Notes under the pieces: model-generated | The model's database searches: none | Told to the model about the DNA's origin: nothing | What the model saw: only the letters and a program-made list of their open reading frames with translations | Position numbers and translations under genes: made by a program | NCBI GenBank assembly: GCA_903843285.1 | Contig: CAIMPC010000063.1 | Location: 4,627-68,626, forward strand | Source of the DNA: Candidatus Omnitrophota bacterium | Lineage (GTDB): Bacteria > Omnitrophota > Gorgyraeia > 2-01-FULL-45-10 | Reading direction: 5' to 3' | Length of the DNA: 64,000 bases | Part shown: piece after piece, positions 55,967-64,000 of the stretch | Layout: each line of letters starts with the position of its first letter | Numbering within the stretch: the first letter of the stretch is position 1

Positions 55967-56431
55967 CTATAGGTCTGCAATAAATCTATCTATCTCTGCC
56001 TTTATCTCATCCCGGACCAGCCTGTACTCCTCCACAGGCATCCCCATCGGATCCCGCACGCTAAAGCCCTTCGGATTAAATGCCGATGAGGACTTATACT
56101 CCTTCAGTAAAAATGTCTTACTCTTTGCTTCCGGAACAAGCTTGAATATCTCATCCTTATGCATCGACTCCATCGTTAATACGAGATTCGCCTTCCTGAT
56201 CATATCGGGTGTAATATTCTTAGTCCTGAAATCCGCTACATCGATCCCTGCTTCTTTCATAACCTTTATCGTATTATCCGAAGGCTGAAGGCCGTTCAAC
56301 GCCCTCACGCCCGCCGAACGGACATTAATGTCATCTTTGCCGAGTTCATATAGCCTTTCCCGCGCAATGGCCTCGGCCATCACTGACCGGCATGAGTTGC
56401 CTGTGCATACAAAAAGCAGAGATTTTATCAT
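55967..56431 (-). CDS. Low-molecular-weight protein arginine/tyrosine phosphatase (YwlE-like)
   Basis: FVCTGNSCRS, SAG, DPMG; between tsaC and rpiB as in Bacillus ywlC-ywlE-ywlF-glyA. Confidence 0.88.
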   Translation of the reverse strand: MIKSLLFVCTGNSCRSVMAEAIARERLYELGKDDINVRSAGVRALNGLQPSDNTIKVMKEAGIDVADFRTKNITPDMIRKANLVLTMESMHKDEIFKLVPEAKSKTFLLKEYKSSSAFNPKGFSVRDPMGMPVEEYRLVRDEIKAEIDRFIADL

Positions 56432-57051
56432 TTGGAATTAATCACCTTTAATAATGTTTTTTCGCTTACCGCGCCCACCCTGAGCACTATCGGAACTTTC
56501 CCCGTGAGATCTAAAACGGTCGATTCTATTCCGACTTTAGTTCGTCCTGCATCCAAAACCAGATCAATCTTGCCATCCAGATCTTTCAATACATCTGCCG
56601 CTTGCGTAGGCGGTTTTTTGCCGCTGATATTAGCGCTCGGCGCTATGACCGGCACGCCGGAGGCCGCTATAAGTTTTAGCGCGACCGCATTTGCCGGCAT
56701 CCTGAATCCTATCTTACTACCTGCCTTCGATGTCAATATTATTGTCAACGGTCCGGGCCAGAACTTTTTGATGATCCGGTTTGTCGGTCCATTCACACGG
56801 CAACCCAGCTTCTTTACCTGTTTCAGATCAGCTACGTGGACCGTAAAATGCTTGTCAAGAGGACGGTTCTTAACCCTGTTAAGCCTTTCGACTGCCCCTT
56901 TGTCCAGTAAATTGGCCGCCAGGCCATACACGGTCTCCGTCGGAAAAGCCACTATTCCGCCGTTTCTGATAATTGCGGCGGCATAAGCTATAACTTCCTT
57001 GTCAGGCCTATCCGGGTCGATCCTTATTTTCAACGTGCTGGTCTTTTGCAT
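56428..57051 (-). CDS. tsaC: L-threonylcarbamoyladenylate synthase (YrdC domain)
   Basis: AFPTETVYGL, KNRP, WPGPLT, APSANISG, ESTVLD. Confidence 0.92.
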   Translation of the reverse strand: MQKTSTLKIRIDPDRPDKEVIAYAAAIIRNGGIVAFPTETVYGLAANLLDKGAVERLNRVKNRPLDKHFTVHVADLKQVKKLGCRVNGPTNRIIKKFWPGPLTIILTSKAGSKIGFRMPANAVALKLIAASGVPVIAPSANISGKKPPTQAADVLKDLDGKIDLVLDAGRTKVGIESTVLDLTGKVPIVLRVGAVSEKTLLKVINSK

Positions 57052-57548
57052 TAAATCTTTAGGGCCGAATTCTTCTTTCGCACACCTTCGGCCAACGAAC
57101 TCTTAAGCGCATCCAGAGCCCTCTCAAGGCGTTTATCGCCTAAGCTCAATATCTGCATCGCCAATATCGCGGCATTGTGAGCTCCGATCTTACCGATAGT
57201 AACAGTAGCTACGGGTATGCCTGATGGCATCTGAACTATTGAGAATAGCGAGTCGATACCCTTTAATTCTTTCGTCTCCATAGGGACGCCTATGACCGGT
57301 AAAGTCGTGAGACTCGCCACGACACCCGCCAGGTGTGCTGCGCCGCCGGCGCCGGCGACTATGACTTTAAACCCGTTTTTACGAGCGCTTTTTGCAAATT
57401 TCGATGTATCCTCAGGCGAGCGGTGCGCAGATAATATCTTAACGGTATATGCGATATTGTTATCATCAAATACTTTTACAGCCGGGCTCATCGAGGCAAG
57501 GTCTGAATCGCTTCCCATTATTATGGCTACTACGGGTCTTGTTTTCAT
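57051..57548 (-). CDS. purE: N5-carboxyaminoimidazole ribonucleotide mutase
   Basis: IMGSDSD, SAHRSP, GAGGAAHL, VQMPSG.PVATV. Confidence 0.97.
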   Translation of the reverse strand: MKTRPVVAIIMGSDSDLASMSPAVKVFDDNNIAYTVKILSAHRSPEDTSKFAKSARKNGFKVIVAGAGGAAHLAGVVASLTTLPVIGVPMETKELKGIDSLFSIVQMPSGIPVATVTIGKIGAHNAAILAMQILSLGDKRLERALDALKSSLAEGVRKKNSALKI

Positions 57549-57574
57549 AGTATTCTCCTTACGCTAAAATGCAT

Positions 57575-58864
57575 TTATCTTTTGATTGCCCTGTATGCAA
57601 TATCGGTGCGATAATGCATACGATCAAAATGTATTGCCCTCACCGCTTCGTAACAACGATCTATCGCCAACTTAAAATCGGCGCCAAGGGCAGTTATATT
57701 TAGGACACGCCCACCATTGGAAAGAAACAGATTATGCCTGTCTGTAGCTCGCCTGCCTAATTTCGTCCCTGCGTGAAAAATAATAACATCGTCCATCTTA
57801 GAAGCCTCGTTCAGACCTCTTATCTCCATGCCCTTATGAAAATTATTGGGATATCCACCTGAAGCCGCCACCACAGATACGCAAGGCCTGGCGTCCCATT
57901 CCACGTCATAGTTTTTCAAATTGCCATCTACGGCACGTTCCATTATATCGACCAGATCCGATTTGAGCCTGGGCATTATCGCCTGAGTCTCGGGATCACC
58001 GAAGCGGACATTGAATTCAAGCACATAAGGTCCTTTGTCGGTGATCATTATGCCGGCGTATAGCGCACCCTTATAAGGTGTACCTTCGACAGCGAGAGCT
58101 CTTATCACAGGATAAATGGACGTATCGAGTATTTTTTTTAGCAAATCTTCTGTCACTACGGGAGCCGGAGAATACGCGCCCATTCCTCCCGTGTTCGGAC
58201 CTTTATCTCCATCGAATATTCTCTTATGGTCCTGGCTTGACTCCAACGTGACTATATTATTTCCATCCGATATAACGATAACGGATACTTCTTCTCCGAT
58301 CAAACAATCCTCTATTATCACCTTATCGCCGGATGAGCCAAATGCTCTGTCGACCATTATCTTCTGAAGCGCCGCCTTAGCATCGCTCATAGACTTACAG
58401 ACCACAACCCCTTTACCCGAGGCCAGACCATCGGCTTTTATTACGATGGGCGACTTCTTCCCTTCGAGATATTTTAACGCATCCTCGTATCCGGTAAATA
58501 CTTTAAAGTCGGCGGTGGGAACTCCGAGTTTCTTCATGAGCTCCTTGGAAAATACTTTGCTTCCTTCCAGCTGAGCGAGGGCTTTCGTAGGACCGAATAT
58601 TTTAAGGCCTGCTTTCTGAAAGGCATCAACTATGCCGCAGGTGAGCGGCAGCTCGGGACCTACTATCGTCAGGCCCACTTTATTAGCCTTCGCGAAATTC
58701 AATAACCCGTCAATATCATCAACTTTAATATTTACGATCTCGGCGATATCGGACATCCCGTCATTGCCGGGGGCAACATACAGTTTTCCACACTTCGAGC
58801 TCTGGGCTATCTTCCACGCCAGGGCATGCTCCCTGCCACCGGCTCCTACTAAAAGGATATTCAC
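57575..58864 (-). CDS. purD: Phosphoribosylamine-glycine ligase
   Basis: GAGGREHAL, GPE.PL, KADGLA.GKGV, GPNTGGMG, EFNVRFGDPE. Confidence 0.97.
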   Translation of the reverse strand: MNILLVGAGGREHALAWKIAQSSKCGKLYVAPGNDGMSDIAEIVNIKVDDIDGLLNFAKANKVGLTIVGPELPLTCGIVDAFQKAGLKIFGPTKALAQLEGSKVFSKELMKKLGVPTADFKVFTGYEDALKYLEGKKSPIVIKADGLASGKGVVVCKSMSDAKAALQKIMVDRAFGSSGDKVIIEDCLIGEEVSVIVISDGNNIVTLESSQDHKRIFDGDKGPNTGGMGAYSPAPVVTEDLLKKILDTSIYPVIRALAVEGTPYKGALYAGIMITDKGPYVLEFNVRFGDPETQAIMPRLKSDLVDIMERAVDGNLKNYDVEWDARPCVSVVAASGGYPNNFHKGMEIRGLNEASKMDDVIIFHAGTKLGRRATDRHNLFLSNGGRVLNITALGADFKLAIDRCYEAVRAIHFDRMHYRTDIAYRAIKR

Positions 58865-58890
58865 CTACGTCATGCCCCCAACAATAAAAA

Positions 58891-59889
58891 TCATATCATC
58901 TCCACGCATCCGTTACCCTTAAGAACCCTTCCTATCACATGAGACTTTAGTCCGGTAGCACTCAGTGTCGACTGTGCCTTATCTACGGAATTACGGCCTA
59001 CAACGACTACCATGCCAATGCCCATGTTTAGCGCCCTGTACATCTCCCTGTCTTCTATATTGCCCTTCTTCTTAATAAACTCGAATATCCACGGCGGGCT
59101 CCAGGAATCTTTCGATATTTCAATAGCCATCCCTTTCGGAATTATCCTCGGTATCTTATCGTAGAATGCACCCCCGGTAATATTAGCTATACCTTTTATC
59201 TTCACCTTTTTAGTCAAATTTAGGACATGCTTTGCGTAAAGGCGCGTGGGCTTCAATAATTCCTTGGAATACAATTTGAGTTCTCTTGCGCTCAACGCTT
59301 TACGGACGAGTGAATAACCGTTCGAATGTAAACCGCTCGATTCGAGCCCCAGGACGACATCGCCTGCAATGGTTCCCGCGCCATCTATCACATTCTTCTT
59401 ATCCACAATACCTACGCCGAAACCGGCCAGATCATATTCACCTTCGCCATACATTCCGGGCATCTCCGCGGTCTCACCGCCTACGAGCGCATATCCGGCC
59501 TCTTTACACGCGACAGATATGCCTTTCACCACATCTCTCAACACGCTCGATCGGATCTTCCCGGTCGCTATATAATCTAGAAAGAATAACCCCTCGGCAC
59601 CCGAGCAGAGTATGTCGTTCACGCTCATTGCGACCAGATCTATACCCACGGTATCGTGTTTATCGGCAAGAAACGCTATCTTAAGTTTAGTTCCAACGCC
59701 ATCGGTCGAAGAGACCAGAAGAGGATCCTTAAACCGTCTGAATCCGGGCCTGAATAGCGCGCCAAAACTCCCAACGTCGCTGATGACACCCTTAATCTTC
59801 GTCGAAGCCGCGAAACGCTTATAGTCAGTGACGAGCTTATTCGCCTTGTCTATATCTACACCTGATGATTTATATGTAATTTTTTCCAC
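58891..59889 (-). CDS. purM: Phosphoribosylformylglycinamidine cyclo-ligase
   Basis: YKSSGVDI, STDGVGTK, GGETAEMPG, SSGLHSNGYSL, NMGIG. Confidence 0.97.
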   Translation of the reverse strand: MEKITYKSSGVDIDKANKLVTDYKRFAASTKIKGVISDVGSFGALFRPGFRRFKDPLLVSSTDGVGTKLKIAFLADKHDTVGIDLVAMSVNDILCSGAEGLFFLDYIATGKIRSSVLRDVVKGISVACKEAGYALVGGETAEMPGMYGEGEYDLAGFGVGIVDKKNVIDGAGTIAGDVVLGLESSGLHSNGYSLVRKALSARELKLYSKELLKPTRLYAKHVLNLTKKVKIKGIANITGGAFYDKIPRIIPKGMAIEISKDSWSPPWIFEFIKKKGNIEDREMYRALNMGIGMVVVVGRNSVDKAQSTLSATGLKSHVIGRVLKGNGCVEMI

Positions 59890-59933
59890 AATCCTATGCT
59901 CCTCATAGACCTAATCTGCCATTTCTAACCAGG

Positions 59934-60644
59934 TTAGATATCCATTATCCGGCGAAGGACTTCCTGGTACGCCTCTTCTACATTGCCCATATCCCGCCTG
60001 AAACGATCCTTATCGAGCTTCTCCTTCGTCGTCTTGTCCCAGAGCCTGCATGTGTCGGGAGAGATCTCGTCGGCCAGTATGATCTGGCCCTTAAATCGGC
60101 CGAACTCGAGCTTAAAGTCGACGAGTATAATGCCCTTAGAATCGAAGAACTTCTTCAGCTCTTCATTAACCTTAAGTGAATATTTATCGATCGTCTCAAG
60201 CTCTTTATCCGTGGCTATACCAAGCGCCTTTACGTGATACTCGTTAATAAGCGGGTCGTGGAGCTTGTCTTCTTTATAATGGTACTCCAGAACCGGCTCC
60301 TTTAAGACAATCCCTTCTTCCAGTCCGAGAAGTTTCGCCATTCCCCCGGCGACTATGTTCCTCACAGTCATCTCGATCGGCACTATCTCGACTTTTTTTA
60401 CCAGCATGTCTCGATCGTTAAGCCTTTTAACAAAGTGCGTCGGTACGCCTTTTTTTGCGAGTAGCTCAAATATCTTCTCGGAGAGCTTATTATTTATTAT
60501 GCCTTTATTCAGGACGGTACCACGCTTCGTGGCATCGAATGCCGTGGCGTCGTCTTTAAATTCCTGTATAACGAGGTCCGGATTATCGGTAGAAAATAAT
60601 TTCTTGGCCTTGCCTTCATATATCTGTTTAATCTTTTCCATCAC
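59934..60644 (-). CDS. purC: SAICAR synthetase
   Basis: [43 protein letters not shown]. Confidence 0.97.
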   Translation of the reverse strand: MMEKIKQIYEGKAKKLFSTDNPDLVIQEFKDDATAFDATKRGTVLNKGIINNKLSEKIFELLAKKGVPTHFVKRLNDRDMLVKKVEIVPIEMTVRNIVAGGMAKLLGLEEGIVLKEPVLEYHYKEDKLHDPLINEYHVKALGIATDKELETIDKYSLKVNEELKKFFDSKGIILVDFKLEFGRFKGQIILADEISPDTCRLWDKTTKEKLDKDRFRRDMGNVEEAYQEVLRRIMDI

Positions 60645-60674
60645 TCCCCCGTATCTCTATCTGCTTTTAACGCC

Positions 60675-61967
60675 CTAAATACCGACCTTCCTGAATATAG
60701 CATCCACATTCTTAGTGTGATATTTGAAATCGAATATCTCTTCTATTTCATCTTCCGCTAATAGCGACTGCATGGATTCATCTCTGACGAGCGCATCTTT
60801 AAATGTCATATTATCACGTTTTGCCGCAAATGCGATCGCTTGCACTTTATCATATGCCTCGTTGCGAGAAAGGCCTTTGTCGATAAGCGCGAGTAATAGC
60901 TTCCCCGAAAACACGATACCGCCCGATCTATTAATGTTCTCCATCATCCGATCTTCGTTCACGACGAGGTGCGCCACTATATCTATGAATTTATTCAGCA
61001 TATAATCCAGCGCTATCGTCGAATCCGGAAGCACTACCCTCTCAGCCGAGGAATGTGAAATGTCACGTTCATGCCATAGGACCATGTTCTCTAGGCCAAC
61101 CGTAGAATTTGCGCGCAGAATCCTGGCTAAGCCCGCAATACGCTCGCACATGACAGGATTCTTCTTGTGGGGCATGGCGCTCGAACCCTTCTGGCCCTTA
61201 GAGAAAAATTCTTCCACCTCGCCTATCTCGGTGTGCTGTAGATTTCTGAACTCTGTCGCGAACTTCTCGAGCGACGTAGCCGTGATCGCCATCGCAGCTA
61301 AAAACTCCGCATGCCGATCGCGCTGAAGTATCTGTGTCGATATGCGTGCGGCCCTCAGACCGAGCTTCTTACAGACGTATGCCTCGACGGACGGCTCGAT
61401 ATTGGCGTATGTCCCGACAGCGCCCGAGATCTTACCGACGCTGACTATCTCACGCGCCTTTTTAAGCCTTTCAAGGTTGCGCCCCATCTCATCGTAGTAA
61501 AGCGCCATCTTAAGACCGAATGTCATAGGCTCCGCATGTACTGAGTGTGTGCGCCCTATCATAATCGTCTTCTTATACCTTGTAGCTTTTCCACGCAGAA
61601 TACGCATCAGCTTCTCAACGTCATCTATTAATATGTCGCACGCCTCCTGCATCTGGGCAGATAGGGCCGTATCCAGCACATCGCTCGAGGTGAGGCCCAT
61701 GTGTATATATTTGGCATCCTCCCCTACGTATTCGGAGACACACTTAATGAAGGCTATCACGTCATGATTAGTTACAGCCTCAATCTCTTTTATTCTGTCT
61801 ACATTAAACTTAGCCCTCTTCCGGATCTCGGACAAAGACGCTTTGGGAATACGCCCGAGCTTTGCCAGAGCTTCGCAAGCATGTATCTCAACGTCGAGCA
61901 TCTTCCGGAATCGGTTCTCCTCGCCCCATATCGCAGTCATTCTGGGTAGTGAATATCTCTGTATCAT
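60675..61967 (-). CDS. purB: Adenylosuccinate lyase
   Basis: HDVIAF, H.GLTSSD, GRTH.VHAEP, GSSAMPHKKNP, LWHERDISHSS.ER. Confidence 0.97.
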   Translation of the reverse strand: MIQRYSLPRMTAIWGEENRFRKMLDVEIHACEALAKLGRIPKASLSEIRKRAKFNVDRIKEIEAVTNHDVIAFIKCVSEYVGEDAKYIHMGLTSSDVLDTALSAQMQEACDILIDDVEKLMRILRGKATRYKKTIMIGRTHSVHAEPMTFGLKMALYYDEMGRNLERLKKAREIVSVGKISGAVGTYANIEPSVEAYVCKKLGLRAARISTQILQRDRHAEFLAAMAITATSLEKFATEFRNLQHTEIGEVEEFFSKGQKGSSAMPHKKNPVMCERIAGLARILRANSTVGLENMVLWHERDISHSSAERVVLPDSTIALDYMLNKFIDIVAHLVVNEDRMMENINRSGGIVFSGKLLLALIDKGLSRNEAYDKVQAIAFAAKRDNMTFKDALVRDESMQSLLAEDEIEEIFDFKYHTKNVDAIFRKVGI

Positions 61968-61994
61968 ATACTCCTCTTTTTTATTCGGAACAAT

Positions 61995-62023
61995 ATCTTA
62001 TTATATATGGATGAGGGTGTCAA
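61995..62023 (-). promoter_or_regulatory. sigma70 promoter of the pur operon
   Basis: Minus strand TTGACA-N17-TAAGAT upstream of purB. Confidence 0.55.
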
Positions 62024-62202
62024 TTAAAGAAAAATGAGATGTTGGGAATGGAGAAGGTTCAAGCCTAACTTGCGGCTATGCGCAAAACAACAAAATATTA
62101 AAATGTTTTCGGTCGTGAACAGAAAGTTCGCAGGGGTCGCGTCTTCACACTTCACGCTTCTTAATCAGTTATGTGCAAAATAAATTGACTCTGACCCCTT
62201 TT

Positions 62203-63000
62203 TTACCCAGTTTTTGCTTTCCTGCTTTTCATTAACAGCATGAGGATCGTGGCCAGGCATATGATCAGCAGGGCGGTAAGGACATATATCTCTATTTTTG
62301 CCGAGCGCCTTCTTGTTTTCCATACCTGCGCCTTACCCTGAACCTTCTCTGCAGGGACGGGCGTCGTAATTGCTTCCATCCCGGCTTCTTTTAACGGCCG
62401 CGCTCGGAACCCTAAAGCTATTGCTTTATTTATGTCTGATAGAGTCTTAACATAATCCTTCTTTGAAAAATATGCTATAGCGCGCGCACTGTAGGCCAAT
62501 GGAAACTCCGGCCTTATCTCTATGACTTTGTCATAATCACTCAGGGCTTGTTTTATATCATTTTTTTTGAAGTAGGCCAACCCGCGGCCATACAATGCAT
62601 CCACGGCGTTAGGATTGATCTCCAGAACCTTATTATAATCAGCTATGGCCGCGTCGAATGAACCCATCTTGTAAAAGGCAAGTCCGCGGTTATAGTAGGC
62701 GTCTGCGGAACCGGAAGTAAACGCTATTACTTTATCAAAATCAGAAACGGACTCTTTTAGCCTGCCCTGTTTATAGTAGATGAGGGCGCGATCATAGTAG
62801 GCGCTGGTGGAAGCGGGAGCCAGCGTTATGACTTTACCGAATTCCGCTATCGCTTTATCGTTATCTCCCTGCTGCCCGTACTCCAAGCCCTTTTTCAGGG
62901 AATCTTCCGCGACGCTACCGGAATAAGCGTGGTAGTAAAGAATAAATACCATTATTACGGCCAATGCGCTGATTCGGGCCACTTTATTTTGCCATTTCAT
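62203..63000 (-). CDS. TPR protein with N-terminal signal/TM and C-terminal TM anchor
   Basis: AYYNRGLA-type TPR repeats; hydrophobic segments at both ends. Confidence 0.8.
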   Translation of the reverse strand: MKWQNKVARISALAVIMVFILYYHAYSGSVAEDSLKKGLEYGQQGDNDKAIAEFGKVITLAPASTSAYYDRALIYYKQGRLKESVSDFDKVIAFTSGSADAYYNRGLAFYKMGSFDAAIADYNKVLEINPNAVDALYGRGLAYFKKNDIKQALSDYDKVIEIRPEFPLAYSARAIAYFSKKDYVKTLSDINKAIALGFRARPLKEAGMEAITTPVPAEKVQGKAQVWKTRRRSAKIEIYVLTALLIICLATILMLLMKSRKAKTG

Positions 63001-64000
63001 TGCGTCCTCTTTTCATTATCCTCACCGCCCAAACAATCCTCCCCTACCATAATTGCACTATTATTTCTATTGTTGCTATGCTCAGAAGCGCCTAATAACC
63101 TTTGCGCTGTCCGCCTAAAGAAATTATTGAGAGTAGAAGAGTCGAACCGCATAAATATCCCGATGACGATATCTATGGGAGAAAGAAATATGATGAGAAG
63201 ATACATCAATAAATGACGACTGCGTCCGATCTTTTTCCAGTATAAGGCTGATAGGCGTGACTTCCCGGCCATTTTATTGTATCTAACCTGAAAATGTTTC
63301 GAGAGACGCTTAAAATCCATATCGTGATCGGCCAGCAGAAACCTTTTATCTGAGATCTCGGAAAAGACATTCTTATTATAGATATCGTATTCCGACATGG
63401 TGAATTTCGGTGTCACATATTTTTCATATATTCTCGTCCCCAAAAGCGGGACGGTGAGCATCACACTAATCATAGTAGGCCGTATCTCATCCAATAGTTG
63501 TTCCGTAAGCATGATATCCTTTTCTCTCTCATGGGGCAGGTTGAGCATTATGTTAGCAAATGTCCTTATGCCGCTTCTCTTACAAAGATCAAATGCCCTT
63601 TTAATCTGCTCCACCGTTATCCCTTTCCCGATCCCATCGAGCATCGCCTGAGATCCCGATTCTACGCCAAAGTCGAGCTGCAAAAGGCCTGATTTACGCA
63701 TCAGCTGTAAGAGAGACTGGTCGTTAACCAGATTAACTCGCGTTTCTGCGCCCCACACCAGATTTAATCCTGTATGTACAAGCTTTTCACAGAATTCGGT
63801 CACTCTCTCCCTTGACAATAGAAAGCAATCATCCTGTATGTAAAATCCGTCTATCCCGTGTTCGCGCGCCAGATACTTCAGCTCTTCGATCACCATATTC
63901 ACATCGCGATACCTGACCCTGGGCACGTTTCCGCTATTCTGCTGCAGGTAATTGGAGGCGCAGAACTCGCAGTTGTATGGACAACCTCTCGAAGTAAATA
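62997..64000 (-). CDS. B12-binding-type radical SAM protein (5' end beyond the window)
   Basis: Frame continues upstream of the listed ORF to TSRGCPYNCEFCA at the edge; QDDCF, FGVESGSQ. Confidence 0.8.
   Translation of the reverse strand, partial: FTSRGCPYNCEFCASNYLQQNSGNVPRVRYRDVNMVIEELKYLAREHGIDGFYIQDDCFLLSRERVTEFCEKLVHTGLNLVWGAETRVNLVNDQSLLQLMRKSGLLQLDFGVESGSQAMLDGIGKGITVEQIKRAFDLCKRSGIRTFANIMLNLPHEREKDIMLTEQLLDEIRPTMISVMLTVPLLGTRIYEKYVTPKFTMSEYDIYNKNVFSEISDKRFLLADHDMDFKRLSKHFQVRYNKMAGKSRLSALYWKKIGRSRHLLMYLLIIFLSPIDIVIGIFMRFDSSTLNNFFRRTAQRLLGASEHSNNRNNSAIMVGEDCLGGEDNEKRTQ

Noticed and set aside
54219-57051. tsaC-phosphatase-rpiB-glyA cluster as a novel system
   Set aside because: Matches the widely conserved Bacillus ywlC-ywlE-ywlF-glyA synteny.

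Overview
Bacterial chromosomal window from a diderm (LPS-making) organism, probably an anaerobe. Gene style and synteny suggest the PVC superphylum, possibly Candidatus Omnitrophota; this is inference only. Almost all genes are on the minus strand. From left to right: msbA (cut by the window edge), a divergent gnnA-like/lpxB pair, a complete bioBFHCDA operon with a BirA operator, and pabB plus a class IV aminotransferase. Next comes an 18-gene membrane-bound group 4 [NiFe]-hydrogenase operon, followed by hypF(truncated)-hypC-orf-hypD-hypE. The operon combines a full Mrp A-G antiporter set, a sulfhydrogenase/AsrAB-type flavin-NAD(P) module, a tetra-[4Fe-4S] ferredoxin and a stand-alone PhoU-fold gene. 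Then bamA-skp-lpxC-fabZ-lpxI (no lpxD or lpxA at their usual positions) and core housekeeping genes: dnaB, rplI, rpsR, ssb, rpsF, pth, rplY, prs, glmU, tRNA-Gln, spoVG, ispE, a split transketolase flanking ftsH and a lipoprotein, hisG, nrdR, glyA, rpiB, tsaC and purBCMDE. A B12-type radical SAM gene is cut by the right edge. No CRISPR array, rRNA, transposase or integrase was seen. Several small palindromic elements occur, one apparently in-frame inside pabB, and there is a 101-bp duplication at the tRNA-Gln 3' end. The strongest candidate for an under-described system is the Mrp/NAD(P)H-module/PhoU hydrogenase complex with its minimal HypF. All calls come from motif recognition by eye, without database searches.
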